Notes under the pieces: model-generated | The model's database searches: none | What the model was told of the DNA's origin: nothing | Seen by the model: only the letters and a program-made list of their open reading frames with translations | NCBI GenBank assembly: GCA_963828255.1 | Contig: CAWHDZ010000016.1 | Coordinates: 94,849-158,848 of the forward strand | Source of the DNA: an uncultured delta proteobacterium | GTDB taxonomy: Bacteria > Myxococcota > Myxococcia > Myxococcales > Anaeromyxobacteraceae | Length of the DNA stretch: 64,000 bases | Direction of reading: 5' to 3' | Part shown: positions 29,634 through 41,358 of the stretch, piece after piece | How positions within the stretch are numbered: the stretch's first letter is position 1 | How the letters are laid out: the number at the start of each line of letters is the position of its first letter | Position numbers and translations under genes: made by a program

Positions 29634-30950
29634 TCAGGCGAGGAAGAGCTTCGAGAGCAGGAGCCCGACCGTCACCGAGACCACGGAGGCGGCCAGCCCG
29701 GGAAGCATGAAGCTGTGGTTGAGCAGGTACCTGCCGATGCGGGTGGTGCCGGTGCGGTCGAAGTTGATGGCCGCGACCAGAGTCGGGTAGTTGGGCAGGA
29801 AGAAGTAGCCGTTCACCGCCGGGAACATCCCCACCAGCGCCCAGCCCGGCATCCCGATGGAGACGCCCAGGGGCACGAGCGTGCGGACCGTGGCGGCCTG
29901 GCTGTAGAGCAGGATCGACATGACGAAGAGGGCGATGGCGAAGGTCCAGGGGGCGCCCTGGACCATGGCCGTGAGCGGCCCCTGCACCGCCGCCTGGTTG
30001 GCCTTGAAGAAGGTGTCGCCCATCCAGGCGACCCCGAAGATGGCGATCACCGCCTGCATGCCGGCCAGGAAGACCGAGCCGGTGGCGACCTTCTCCGGCT
30101 TCGCCTTGCAGAAGATGACCATCAGCGCCGCCACCGAGAGCATGACCATCTCGATGGCGTCGGCCATCTCCATCTGGACCTGCCGCCCCGAGACGTCGAA
30201 GGTGGGGCGCAGGGCGGGCACCGATCCGAAGAGGACGATGGCGACCGCTCCGGCGACGAAGAGAACCACCGAGACCTTGGCCTGCCAGGTGGCGGGTGGG
30301 CGGGCCGTCCGGGTGGGCGCCTCGACCTCTCCCGCGGCGAGCCGGCGCTGGTACTCGGGGTCCTGGTCGAGCTCCTTGCCCAGGCGGCTCGCCACGAGCG
30401 CGCCGGCCAGCACGCCGCAGAGCGTGGCCGGGATGGCCACGGCCATGAGGCCTCCCAGCGTGATGCCGGCCCCGGAGACGAGGAGGAGCAGCGCCACCGT
30501 GGCCGCCGAGATGGGGCTCGCCGTGATGGCCTGCTGCGAGGCGATGACCGAGATGGAGAGGGGGCGCTCCGGGCGCACGCCCGCCTCGCGCGACACCTCG
30601 GCGATGACCGGGAGGATGGCGTAGGCGACGTGGCCGGTGCCGGCGAAGAGCGTGAAGACGTAGGCCACCAGCGGGGCCACGAAGGTGATTGCCGGCGGGT
30701 GCTTCCGGAGCGCCCTCTCGGCCAGGTCCACGAGGTAATCCATCCCGCCCGCGGCTTGCAGGGTCCCCGCAGCGGTCACCACCGCGGCGATCATGAGCAT
30801 GACCTCGACGGGTGGATCGGAGGGCAGGTCGCCCATCAGGAAGGCGAGGATGGCGACGCCGAGCCCGCCCATCATCCCCAGGCCGAGGCCGCCGTAGCGG
30901 GCCCCGATCACGATCATCGCCAGGACGACGACCAGCTCGATCCAGAACAT
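29634..30950 (-). CDS. Anaerobic C4-dicarboxylate transporter, DcuA/DcuB family
   Basis: LQAAGGMD, AGTGH, IASQQAITASPISAA, FDRTGTTRIG..NHSF. Confidence 0.92.
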   Translation of the reverse strand: MFWIELVVVLAMIVIGARYGGLGLGMMGGLGVAILAFLMGDLPSDPPVEVMLMIAAVVTAAGTLQAAGGMDYLVDLAERALRKHPPAITFVAPLVAYVFTLFAGTGHVAYAILPVIAEVSREAGVRPERPLSISVIASQQAITASPISAATVALLLLVSGAGITLGGLMAVAIPATLCGVLAGALVASRLGKELDQDPEYQRRLAAGEVEAPTRTARPPATWQAKVSVVLFVAGAVAIVLFGSVPALRPTFDVSGRQVQMEMADAIEMVMLSVAALMVIFCKAKPEKVATGSVFLAGMQAVIAIFGVAWMGDTFFKANQAAVQGPLTAMVQGAPWTFAIALFVMSILLYSQAATVRTLVPLGVSIGMPGWALVGMFPAVNGYFFLPNYPTLVAAINFDRTGTTRIGRYLLNHSFMLPGLAASVVSVTVGLLLSKLFLA

Positions 30951-31105
30951 CGGTACCCCCCGGGATGGAGAGCCTACGGCTTCAACCAAGGCCCGAACAG
31001 GAAGGAAATCAGTCCAACCCGAGTGGGGCCGGGAATTGTCCCAGTTCCCGGGACCGATCGGGTACGTCACGCACCGTGATAGAGAACCCCGAGGAGGCAA
31101 CCCGC

Positions 31106-31723
31106 ATGAGCCATGACCCCACTCCCCGTTTCACCGCCGCCGAGGCGCTCGACCGGCTCCGCGCCGGAAACGCCCGGTTCGTCCGCGGGGAGGCGCGATT
31201 TCCCACGGTGAGGAAGGAGGTCCTGGCCGCGCTCGCGAAGGAGCAGCACCCCCACGCCACCATCCTGGGGTGCAGCGACTCCCGCGTCCCGCCGGAGCTC
31301 ATCTTCGACGCCGGATTCGGGGAGCTCTTCATCGTGCGGCTGGCGGGCAACGTCCTCTCGCCCGAGGTGACCGGCACGCTCCAGTACGCCGGCACCCACC
31401 TCAGGACCCCGCTGTTCCTGGTCCTTGGCCACGAGGGATGCGGAGCGGTCCAGGCGGCGCTGGAGGTGAAGTTCCGCGGCGTCCGGCAACGCAGCCGGAT
31501 CCAGGCGTTGCTCGAGAACCTGCTGCCCGGGCTCGAGGGCATCGATCCCGCCGCGTCGCCGGAGGAGCAGCTCCGCGCCGGCGTGGAGGCGAACGTGCGC
31601 TTCACGATGCGGCAGATCATGGCCACGCCGGAGGCGCAGGCCAGGGCGGCCGAGGGCGTCCTGCAACTCGTGGGCGCGGTGGCGGACATCGCCACCGGCT
31701 CCGTCCGCTTCCTGGAGTCCTAG
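31106..31723 (+). CDS. Beta-class carbonic anhydrase
   Basis: GNARF, GCSDSRV, RLAGN, GHEGCGAV zinc ligands; GAGGAGG RBS. Confidence 0.9.
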   Translation: MSHDPTPRFTAAEALDRLRAGNARFVRGEARFPTVRKEVLAALAKEQHPHATILGCSDSRVPPELIFDAGFGELFIVRLAGNVLSPEVTGTLQYAGTHLRTPLFLVLGHEGCGAVQAALEVKFRGVRQRSRIQALLENLLPGLEGIDPAASPEEQLRAGVEANVRFTMRQIMATPEAQARAAEGVLQLVGAVADIATGSVRFLES

Positions 31724-33153
31724 CCCTTCGCAGGCGCCGCGGGGGGGGGTGGAGGGATGGTGGGGACCGGCGCCTTCTCCTGCCAGCCGCCGCCCAGCGC
31801 CTTGTAGAGCTGGACCAGGGCGACGAGCTGGTCCCGGTTGGTCTGGGCGAGTGTCAGCTCGGAGTTGAAGAGAGAGCGCTGGGCGTCGAGCACCTCGAGG
31901 TAGTTCGAGACGCCGCCGTCGTAGCGGTGGCGCGCCAGCCGCTCGGCGGTCGTCGACGCCGTCACCTGGATCTCCGCCTGGGCCGCCACCTCGCCGAGCT
32001 TGCGGACGCTCACTGCGGCGTCGTTCACCTCGCGCCAGGCCGTGATGACCTGCTGCCGGTAGAGCGCCACGTACTCGTCGAGGACCGCCCAGGCCGCCTC
32101 CTCCTGGGAGGCCAGCCGTCCGCCCTCGAAGATGGGGGCGACCAGGCCGGCGCCGACGCTCCAGAGGAGACCCTCGGGGCTGAAGGTCGTCGCCAGCGAG
32201 GGCCCGGCGAGGCCGATGATGCCCTCGAGCGAGAGCTTGGGGAGACGGTTGGCGACGGCCACCCCCACGTTGCTCGTCGCCGCCATGGCCCGGCTCTCGG
32301 CGCGGCGGATGTCCGGGCGCCGCTCGAGGAGCGCCGCCGGCACGCCCATGGGAAGCACCGGAGCGACCTGCTGCACCGGGGCCTTGGCTCGAGGAATGGG
32401 TCCCGGCGGCCGTCCGAGGAGGACCGACATCTGGCTCTCCTTGAGGGCGATGAGCCGCTCGGTGGACGGGATGGCGGCGGCGGTCACGGCCAGGTCGGCC
32501 CGGGCCTGGTTCACCTCCAGGTCGTTGCCCACGCCGCCCAGGGAACGCTTGGTGAAGAGGTCGAGGGTGCCCTGGCGGGTGTTGGTGTTCCTCTGCGCCA
32601 CCGCCAGCTCGACGTCGAGCTCCATGAGCTCGGCGTAGGTCTGGGCCACGTCGGCGACCAGCGTGAGGACCACGCCGCGCCGGAACTCCTCGGTCGCCAG
32701 GAGCTCGGCCCGGGCGGCGTCGGTGGCGTTGCGGACGCGCCCCCAGATGTCGAGCTCCCAGGACATGCCCAGGTTCACCGCGAAGGACCCCGAGGGGCCC
32801 TGGCCCGGGACGTAGTTCTTGGCCGACTGCTGGCCATAGCCGCCGGCGGCGCCGAGCCCGATCTGTGGGTAGAAGTCGGCGGCAGCGACCCCCACCTGCG
32901 CCCGGAACGCGGAGACGCGGGCGGCGGCGACGCGAAGGTCCTGGTTGCTGCGCAGGGCCTCCTCGATGAGCCCCTGGAGGATGGGATCCCGGTACATCTC
33001 CCACCAGGCCAGATCGGCGATGGAGGCCGCCTCGGCCGGGCCGAGCGTGTAGCGGAAGGCGGTGGGCACCTCGGTCTCGGGGCGCTGGTACTTCGGCCCC
33101 ACGGCGCAGGCCGAGAAGGCGAGGAGGGCGACGGCTGCGAGCGATCTCGTCAC
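31720..33153 (-). CDS. RND outer-membrane factor lipoprotein (OprM/NodT family)
   Basis: Lipobox FSA-C; WELDIWG, LLERRPDI, LYKALGGGW. Confidence 0.92.
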   Translation of the reverse strand: MTRSLAAVALLAFSACAVGPKYQRPETEVPTAFRYTLGPAEAASIADLAWWEMYRDPILQGLIEEALRSNQDLRVAAARVSAFRAQVGVAAADFYPQIGLGAAGGYGQQSAKNYVPGQGPSGSFAVNLGMSWELDIWGRVRNATDAARAELLATEEFRRGVVLTLVADVAQTYAELMELDVELAVAQRNTNTRQGTLDLFTKRSLGGVGNDLEVNQARADLAVTAAAIPSTERLIALKESQMSVLLGRPPGPIPRAKAPVQQVAPVLPMGVPAALLERRPDIRRAESRAMAATSNVGVAVANRLPKLSLEGIIGLAGPSLATTFSPEGLLWSVGAGLVAPIFEGGRLASQEEAAWAVLDEYVALYRQQVITAWREVNDAAVSVRKLGEVAAQAEIQVTASTTAERLARHRYDGGVSNYLEVLDAQRSLFNSELTLAQTNRDQLVALVQLYKALGGGWQEKAPVPTIPPPPPAAPAKG

Positions 33154-33161
33154 GGGGTCTC

Positions 33162-36100
33162 TCAGTGCGAGGCTGGGGCCGGCGGGGCGGTGTCCCCGGG
33201 CGCGGTGGCGGGCTTGTGCTTCTTCCCCCCATCTTCTCGATCATGACGAAGAGTGCGGGGACGAGGAAGACGGCCAGGAAGGTGGCGACGAGCATGCCGG
33301 CGAAGACCGCCATGCCCATCACCTTGCGGCTCTCGGCGCCGGCGCCGGCGGCCCGCACCAGCGGGACCACGCCGAGGATGAAGGCGAAGGCGGTCATGAG
33401 GATGGGGCGGAGCCGGAGCCTGGCGGCGTTCAGCGCCGCCTCCACCGGCTCCATGCCATTCTCGACGTTCATCTTGGCGAACTCGACGATGAGGATGGCG
33501 TTCTTGGCGGCCAGCCCCACCAGCATGATGAGGCCGATCTGGGCGAAGATGTTGTTCACGTAGCTGTCGCTGGTGAAGCGGGCCAGCCACAGGCCGAGGA
33601 AGGCGCCGAAGGCGGCGAAGGGCGTGCCCAGCAGCACGCTCATCGGCAGGGACCAGCTCTCGTACTGGGCCGCCAGGATCAGGAACACCATGATCATGGC
33701 GAAGACGAAGACGATGGCGGCCGTGCCCTCGGCCTTCTTCTCCTGGTACGACACGTTCGACCACTGGTAACCCATGTCCTTGGGCAGGACCTCGGCGGCG
33801 ACCTCCTCGAGCGCCTTCATCGCCTGCGCGGAGCTGTAGCCCGGCGCCGGGATGCCCGTCACCTCGGCCGACCGGAAGAGGTTGAAGCGGTTGGTGAACT
33901 CGGGGCCGGAGGTGGGGCTCGTGGACATCAGGGTGTCGAGCGGGATCATGTCTCCCTTGGGCCCGCGGACGTAGAAGAGCCCCAGGTCCTGCACCTTGGT
34001 CCGGAACTCCGGCTCGGCCTGGAGGAACACCTTGTAGACGCGCCCGAAGCGGTTGAAGTCGTTGACGTAGTTGCCGCCCAGGTAGGAGCCCATGGTGGTG
34101 AGCACGTCGGTGAGAGGGACCCCCAGCTTCAGCACCTTGTCCCGGTCCACGTCGGCGAAGATCTGCGGCACGGCCGCGCGGTAGATGGAGTTCGCCATGC
34201 CGATCTCGGGGCGTTTCTTCACCGCCGCCATGAACTTGGCGAGGTTGCCCGCCAGGTACTCGGGCGTCCCGCCGCTCCGGTCCTGGAGCATGAAGGAGAA
34301 GCCCGACCCGGTGCCCAGACCGGGGATGGGGGGCGGTCCGAAGGCGAAGGCAGTGGCCTCCGGGATCTCGCGGGCGAACTCCGCATTGAGGGCCCGCATG
34401 ACCTCGAAGACGCGGTGCTCCTTCGCCTTGCGCTCCTCCCAGGGCTTCATGGAGACGAAGAAGAAGCCGGTGTTGGAGGCGTAGGCGCCCGACAGCATGC
34501 TGTACCCGGCGATGGTGGTGGTGTAGGCCACCGCCGGATTCCTCATCAGGATCTGCTCGACCTTCCTGGTCGTCGCGTCGGTCCGCTCCAGGGAGGACGC
34601 ATCCGGAAGCTGCACGGCGGCCAGGAAATATCCGTTGTCCTCGTCCGGGATGAAGCCACCGGGGATGCGGCCGGCGATGACCACCGCCAGCACCGCGAAG
34701 ACCCCCACCAGCACGGCGCTGCGGAAGAGCTTTCGCACCAGGATGGTGGTGATCGACATGTACCCGCCGGTGAACCGGTCGAACACCTTGTTGAAGCCGT
34801 CGTAGAAGGGCTGCAGGAAGGAGCGCTTTCCTCCCTTGGGCTTGAGCAGCAGCGACGCCAGCGCCGGCGAGAGCGTGAGCGCGTTCACCGCCGAGAACAT
34901 CACCGACACCGCGATGGTGATGGCGAACTGCTGGTAGAGCTGGCCGGAGATGCCGCTGATGAAGGCCACCGGGACGAAGACCGCCGTGAGCACCAGCGCG
35001 ATGGCGATGACCGGCCCGGAGACCTCCTTCATGGCCTGCTCGGTCGCCGCCTTCGGCGACATGCCCTGCTCGATGTGGTGCATCACCGCCTCGACCACCA
35101 CGATGGCGTCGTCCACCACGATGCCGATGGCGAGCACGAGGCCGAGCAGGGAGAGCGTGTTCACCGAGAAGCCGAGCAGCGGGAAGATCATGAACGTCCC
35201 GATGAGGGCCACCGGCACGGTGAGCAGCGGGATGAGCGTGGCCCGCCAGTTCTGCAGGAAGACGAAGACCACCAGGATGACGAGCAGCACCGCCTCCAGC
35301 AGCGTGCTGAGGATCTCCTCGATGCCGGCGGTGATGGCCAGCGTGGTGTCGAGGGTGATCTGGTGCTTCACTCCTGGTGGGAAGCGCGTGGCGATCTCGT
35401 CGGCGGTCTTCTTCACGGCCGTGGAGACGGCCAGCGCGTTCGAGCCCGGCGCCTGGTAGACGGCGATGACCGCGGCCGGCTTCCCGTCGAGCCGCCCCTG
35501 GGAGTTGTAGAGCACGGAGCCCAGCTCGATCCGGGCCACGTCCTTGAGCCGCACCTGCGACCCGTCGGGGTTGGAGCGCACCACGACCTGGCCGAACTCC
35601 TCGGCGTCGAGGAGGCGTCCCTTGGTGCGGACGACGTAGGTGAACTCGGTGCCCTTCGGCGCGGGGGGGCCGCCGATCTGGCCGGCCGGGAGCAGCACGT
35701 TCTGCTGCTTCACGGCGTTGGAGAGGTCGGCCACCGTGAGCCCGAGCGTCTTCAGCCGGTCGGGGCGCACCCAGATGCGCATGGCGTAGTCGGAGCCGCC
35801 GAACAGGACGATGTCGCCGACGCCGGAGATGCGCTTCAGCTGGTCGTTGATGTTGATGACCGCGTAGTTCGACAGGAAGTTGTTGTCGAAGGCGCCCGAG
35901 GGGGAGGTGAGCGTCACCAGCATGAGCGGGAAGTTGAGCGACTTCTTCACCGTGACGCCGTAGGTCTTCACGTCCGGCGGCAGGGAGGCGCTGGCCTGCG
36001 AGACGCGGTTCTGCACCAGCACGTTCGACATGTCGAGGTCGGCCCCGACCTCGAACGACACCTGGAGGTTGTAGGTGCCGTCGCTGGCGTTCGTCGACTT

Positions 36101-36334
36101 CATGTAGATCATGTTGTCGACGCCGTTCACCTGCTGCTCGACGGGCGCCGCCACCGACGACTCCACGTCGAGCGCGCTGGCGCCCGTGTAGGTCGTGGTG
36201 ACCTGGATGAGGGGAGGCGTGATCTCCGGGAACTGGGCGACCGGAAGCCGGGTGATGGCCACCGCGCCCATGATGACCATGACGATGGAGATGACCATCG
36301 CCACGATCGGGCGGCGGATGAAGAAGCTGCCCAT
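33162..36334 (-). CDS. HAE1-family RND efflux permease (AcrB/MexF-like); frameshift near the C-terminus at C6 run 33225-33230
   Basis: FFIRRPI, GIVVDDAIVVVE, KNAILIVEF, RLRPILMT; one added base gives the natural end MGGKKHKP...PASH* just before the OMF gene. Confidence 0.9.
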
Positions 36335-36337
36335 GGC

Positions 36338-37492
36338 TCACTTCCCTCCGGCCGGCGCGGGGCTGGTGGGGTCGGCCGCGGCCGGCTTCGGGACCACCGT
36401 CATCCCGTCGCGGAGCCGCTGGAACCCCTCCACCACCACGCGCTCGCCGCCCTTCAGCCCGGACTGGATGATCCACTGGCTGCCGACCTTCTGGCCGGGG
36501 GTCACCTTGCGGGTCTCGACCTTGTCCCCCTCGCCCACCACCAGGACCGTGTAGGTGCCCTGCAGCTCCTGCACGGCCCGCTGCGGCACGAGGATGGCGC
36601 CCTTCACCACCTCCGACTCGGCCTTCACCTTGCCGTACAGGCCGGGGCGGAGCGTCCTCTTGGGATTCGGGAACGCCAGGTCCACCCGCAGCGTGCCGGT
36701 CTGCGTGTCCACGGCCCGGTCCACGAAGATGAGCTTGCCCGGGTAGGGGTGCTGGGTGCCGTCGGAGAGGATGAGGACGGGCGGGGTCTTCGCGACCTCC
36801 TCCTTGGCGCCCGCCACCGAGCGGGAGAAGCGGAGGTAGTCGGCCTCCGGGATCGCCACGCTGACGCGGATGGGGTCGATCGAGGAGACCGTGGTGAGGA
36901 GCGTCGGCTCCCCCTTGCCCACCAGGTCACCCACCTTGTGCTCCGCCTTGCCCACGAGTCCGGTGATGGGAGAGGAGATGCGCGTGTAGGAGAGGTTCAG
37001 GCGCGCCCTTTCGAGATTCGCCTTCCCGGCCTCCACCTGGGCGGCTCCCGACTTGCGCGCCGAGATGGCGTTGTCGAGCTCGGCCTGGCTGACCGCCCGC
37101 TCGGCCGCCAGCGGCGTGAAGCGCTTCACGTCCAGGTCGCCCTTGTCGAACTGGGTCTGGGCGCTCGCCAGGGTGGCCTGGGCCTGGGCCAGCGCGGCGA
37201 TGTACTGCTGGTCGTCGATGGTGAAGAGGAGCTTCCCCTTCTGCACCGTGGAGCCCTCCGCGTAGTCGATGGTCTCGAGATACCCCTCGACGCGGGCCCG
37301 GATCTCCACGTCCTCGAGGCCGCGGAGCTGCGCCACCAGGTCGAACTCGAGCGGGGTGTCCTTCGCGACCACGGTGACGACCGGGATCTCCGGGGGCGGC
37401 TGGACCGGAGCGGCCTTCTCCTTGGCGCACGCCGCGAGGGCGAGGACGGCGAGGAGCGGGGCGGAGCGGAGGGGGAAGGGGGTGCGGCGCAT
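36338..37492 (-). CDS. RND periplasmic adaptor (membrane fusion protein)
   Basis: Lipobox LAA-C; EIRARVEG, ISSPITG, VDTQTGT, VPQRAV. Confidence 0.9.
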   Translation of the reverse strand: MRRTPFPLRSAPLLAVLALAACAKEKAAPVQPPPEIPVVTVVAKDTPLEFDLVAQLRGLEDVEIRARVEGYLETIDYAEGSTVQKGKLLFTIDDQQYIAALAQAQATLASAQTQFDKGDLDVKRFTPLAAERAVSQAELDNAISARKSGAAQVEAGKANLERARLNLSYTRISSPITGLVGKAEHKVGDLVGKGEPTLLTTVSSIDPIRVSVAIPEADYLRFSRSVAGAKEEVAKTPPVLILSDGTQHPYPGKLIFVDRAVDTQTGTLRVDLAFPNPKRTLRPGLYGKVKAESEVVKGAILVPQRAVQELQGTYTVLVVGEGDKVETRKVTPGQKVGSQWIIQSGLKGGERVVVEGFQRLRDGMTVVPKPAAADPTSPAPAGGK

Positions 37493-37527
37493 GGTCATCC
37501 TCTCGGCTGGCGTTGCGAAACGGCTCC

Positions 37528-38418
37528 TTATACCCCGGATCCCCCGGGCCGGAGGCGAGCGTAGAAGCGGGCGTTCGAGCCCAGGAGGAGGCGGCGGCGG
37601 TAGAGCCGGCTGAAGGGCTTCCGGGAGGTCTCGTCCGACCGGCTGTAGGTGTAGTGCGAGACCACGTCGAAGCCCTGACGGTCGAGGAAGCGCAGCATCG
37701 ACGGGACCGTGGGCTCGAAGAGGTGGTCGGGGGTCTTCGACGGCCCCCACTCGCCCTTCCGCAGGCCTGCCCGCTTGAGCAGGAGCTGGTAGCGCCGGTC
37801 GAGGGAGAGCATGTTCGGGACCGCCACGACGAGCAGGCCGCCCTCCTCGAGCAGCGCCCGCGCCCGGGCCATCCAGGCCGAGGGGTCGGGGACGTGCTCG
37901 AGGACGTGGCTCATGTGGATGCAGGAGAAGCGTCCCTCCGGGGCCAGGGTCTCGAAGGGCACCCCGTGGACCCGGACGCCAATCTCCCGCTGCACGAAGC
38001 CGCGCATCTTGTCGGAGATCTCCACCCCCTCGGCCCGCCCCCAGAGCGGGCGCGCGGCCAGGAGGAAGCTGCCCATGCAGGAGCCCACGTCGAGGACCGC
38101 GGTGCGCCGCCTGTCGAAGGTCGCCACCTCGGCGACCAGCTCCTCCCAGTTGGCCTGGGTGGCGTGGTTCACCGGGTCGCCGGGGCGGAAGTCCTCGGAG
38201 AAGGTGAAGTAGTCGCCGTAGGCGTCGCGGACGAAGTCGTCGTCGTAGCGGGGGCGGGGCGACTGGTAGACCAGGCCACAGCCCAGGCACCACTGGTAGG
38301 TGAAGCGCAGCTTCCACCCGAACCGCTCGTACAGGCGCCGCTCCTCCGAACCGCAGAACGGGCAGGGGACCTCTTCCCACGCCTTCGGCTCGTAGGCGGG
38401 TCTCGGGGGGGGAGGCAC
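37528..38418 (-). CDS. Class I SAM-dependent methyltransferase with N-terminal Zn-ribbon
   Basis: CPFC...CLGC, VLDVGSCMG, SHVLEHVPDP. Confidence 0.85.
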   Translation of the reverse strand: MPPPPRPAYEPKAWEEVPCPFCGSEERRLYERFGWKLRFTYQWCLGCGLVYQSPRPRYDDDFVRDAYGDYFTFSEDFRPGDPVNHATQANWEELVAEVATFDRRRTAVLDVGSCMGSFLLAARPLWGRAEGVEISDKMRGFVQREIGVRVHGVPFETLAPEGRFSCIHMSHVLEHVPDPSAWMARARALLEEGGLLVVAVPNMLSLDRRYQLLLKRAGLRKGEWGPSKTPDHLFEPTVPSMLRFLDRQGFDVVSHYTYSRSDETSRKPFSRLYRRRLLLGSNARFYARLRPGGSGV

Positions 38419-38427
38419 GGCGGCATC

Positions 38428-39135
38428 CTATCCCGCCAGGTCGAACACGAGGACCTCCGCGTCGCCGGCCCCTCCACCCACGATCGAAAGCGCCGCCTCG
38501 TCCACCGCGGAGAGGCCGTCGCCGGCCCGCAACCCCTGCCCGTTCACCGAGACCTCGCCCCGCGCCACCTGCACCCAGGCCACGCGCCCGGCCGGGATCC
38601 CGTGGCGGACCCGGTCGCCCGGCGCCAGGATCGCGCCCAGCATCGACGCGTCCTGGTGGATGGTGACCGACCCGTCGCGGCCGTCGGCCGAGGCGAGCAC
38701 CCGCAGCCGCCCGCGCCGCTCCTCCGCCGGGAAGGCCCGCTGCTCGTAGCCCGGACGGATCCCCTGCGCCGCGGGGAGGATCCAGATCTGGAGGAAGTGG
38801 ACCGGGGCCTCCGGCGACGGGTTCATTTCACTGTGAGTGACTCCGGTCCCGGCGCTCATGCGCTGGACCTCGCCGGGCCGGATGGTGGACCCGTTGCCCA
38901 TCGAGTCGCGGTGTCCCAGCTCCCCCTCGAGCACGTAGGAGAGGATCTCCATGTCCCGGTGGCCGTGGGTGCCGAAGCCCTGCCCGGGCTTCACGCGGTC
39001 CTCGTTGATGACCCGGAGGTCGGAGAAGCCCATGAACCGCTGGTCGCGGTAGTCGGCGAAGGAGAAGGTGTGGCGGGTATCGAGCCAGCCGTGATCGAAG
39101 TGGCCGCGGTCCTCGGAGCGTCGGATGGTGAGCAT
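38428..39135 (-). CDS. Pirin family protein (YhhW-like)
   Basis: HGWLDTRHTFSF, GFGTHGHRDMEI, HSEMN, FLQIWI. Confidence 0.92.
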   Translation of the reverse strand: MLTIRRSEDRGHFDHGWLDTRHTFSFADYRDQRFMGFSDLRVINEDRVKPGQGFGTHGHRDMEILSYVLEGELGHRDSMGNGSTIRPGEVQRMSAGTGVTHSEMNPSPEAPVHFLQIWILPAAQGIRPGYEQRAFPAEERRGRLRVLASADGRDGSVTIHQDASMLGAILAPGDRVRHGIPAGRVAWVQVARGEVSVNGQGLRAGDGLSAVDEAALSIVGGGAGDAEVLVFDLAG

Positions 39136-39194
39136 GGTCCCTACCTAGGTCCGGAGGGCTTCCCGGGAAAGGCCACATCGGGGTATTGGGGGAC

Positions 39195-41358
39195 ATGCAG
39201 ACGGCCCCGCTGGCGATCTCGCTCCTCCTGTTGCTCGCGGCGTCACCCCCCGGAGAAACGGTTTCTCCACCCCAGGACGGCGTGGAGGTGGCCGGCGCGG
39301 AGGCCGGCGCCGTCCGCGTTCCCAGCGCCCCCGGGGCCTGGGGTGGACCGCGCACCGGGGAGGAGCCCACCCTCTCCGACCGCGTCGCCGACTACGACAT
39401 CCGGGCCGTGCTCGACCCGGTGAAGCACGTGGTCACGGCGAGCGAGAAGCTCACCTGGCGCAACCGGAGCGCCGTGCCGATCCGGAGCGTCTACCTCCAC
39501 CTCTACCTGAACGCCTTCGAGTCGGAGGGGTCCACCTTCATGACCGAGCGGCGCCGCTTCGGCGGGTTCCGCACCGACGTGGAGACCCGCGGGGGGGAAT
39601 GGGGCTACGTGGAGCTGCGGCGCGTCGAGCAGGGAGGCCGCCCCGCTCCCTGGACCTTCGTCCACCCCGACGGCGGCCCGGAGACCGACCGCACGGTGGT
39701 GCGGGTGGACCTGCCCGAGGCCGTTCCCCCGGGCGGCACGACCACGCTCCAGATCGACTTCACGAGCCAGCTGCCCCGCGTGGTGGCGCGCTCCGGCTGG
39801 TTCGACTCCTTCCACATGGCCGGGCAGTGGTACCCGAAGATCGGGGTACTCGAGCTTCCGGGCGAGCGCGGCGCCACCCGCCCGCGCTGGAACGCCCACG
39901 AGTACCACCTGAACAGCGAGTTCTACGCCGACTTCGGCGCCTACGACCTCGAGGTGGTGGTTCCGGAGGGCTTCCAGGTGGCGGGGAGCGGCGTGCCGGT
40001 GGGGACGCCCAGGAAGGGGGCCGAGGGCGTCTCCTTCCGGTTCCGCGCCGAGGACGTCCACGACGTGGCCTTCACGGCCTGGAACGGCTTCGCCCCCCCG
40101 CTCACCACCACCTGGACCGGGCCGGGCAGCCCCACGGTGCAGGTCGAGGTCTGGTACCCACCCGAGTTCGAGGAGTCGGCCCGCATCGCGCTCCAGGCCA
40201 CCACCGACGCGCTCACCTGGTTCTCCAGCACCCTGGGGCCCTACCCGTACCCCCACCTCACGGTGGTCGTCCCGCCCTTCAACGCCTTCGAGGCCGGCGG
40301 CATGGAGTACGAGACCCTCTTCACCACCATCGGCTCCAACGAGTTTCCCCTGAACACGGACGGCGTGACCCGGTCCACCACCGTCCACGAGTTCGGCCAC
40401 GGCTACTTCATGGGGCTCATCGCCTCGAACGAGTTCGAGGAGCCCTTCCTCGACGAGGGGCTGAACCAGCTGTGGCAGGCCCGGATGCTCGCCGGGGAGT
40501 CCTACCGGTTCCGGCTGCCGGCGCTGGCGCGCTGGCTCGGACTCCGCGTCCCGGACCTCGCCTCCTGGGACCTGGAGAGGCTGGTCGGTACCGGCCGCCG
40601 CCAGGCCGACCCCATCGCCGGGAACTCCTGGAAGCGCTGGTCGGGGGGGAGCTACGGCCTGGTCTACTCCCGCACCGCGCTGGTCTTCCACGACCTGGAG
40701 CGGGTGATCGGGACGCCGCTCTTCGAGAAGGCCATGAAGCTCTACTTCCAGCGCTGGCGATTCCGGCACCCAGGCACCGCGGACCTGCGAGAAGCCTTCG
40801 TGGATGCCGGCGTGGATCGGGCCGTCATCGAGCGCTGGTTCGAGGAGCAGGTCTTCGCGAACGGGCCGGTGGACGACCGGGTGGTGACCGTCAGGGCCGA
40901 GGAGGTCCTGCCCCGCGCTGGGCCTTCACGAGAAGGACGGGAAGCGGCAGGAGGCCACCGAGGAGGTGCGCCGGGAGGAGATCGCTGCCGCCCGCGAGGC
41001 CTGGAAGAAGGAGCACGGCGAGCCGGCCGACGGGAAGCCCGGCCCGTTCCCCTGGCGCAACGTGGTCGCGGCGCGGCGCCACGAGGCCGGGGTGCCCCAG
41101 GTGCTGGTGGTCACGTTCGAGGACGGGACGGTGGAGAAGATCGACTGGCCCGCCGACCAGAAATGGGGCCGGTGGGAGCTTTTGCGGCCAGTGAAGGTGC
41201 GATCGGCCCAGCTCGACGCCGATCGGACGATCCTCCTCGACCTCAACAAGCTCGACGACGGCCGGACGCGCGCGGCGCGGCGCGGTCCGGCGGCGCGGAT
41301 GGCCCTCTCGCTGGGCGGCTGGATCCAGTTCCTCCTGGCGGCGCTGGAGTCCATGTGA
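39195..41358 (+). CDS. Secreted M1-family metallo-aminopeptidase; frameshift at C4 run 40911-40914
   Basis: Signal peptide, GGMEY, HEFGH-x18-E (FLDEG); removing one C continues ...EKDGKRQE...LDADRTILLDLNKLDDG to a hydrophobic C-terminus. Confidence 0.85.

Noticed and set aside
31067..36334. 1755-aa RND 'fusion' running over the OMF and carbonic anhydrase genes
   Set aside because: Read-through caused by a one-base loss in the run at 33225-33230; the natural stop is at 33162
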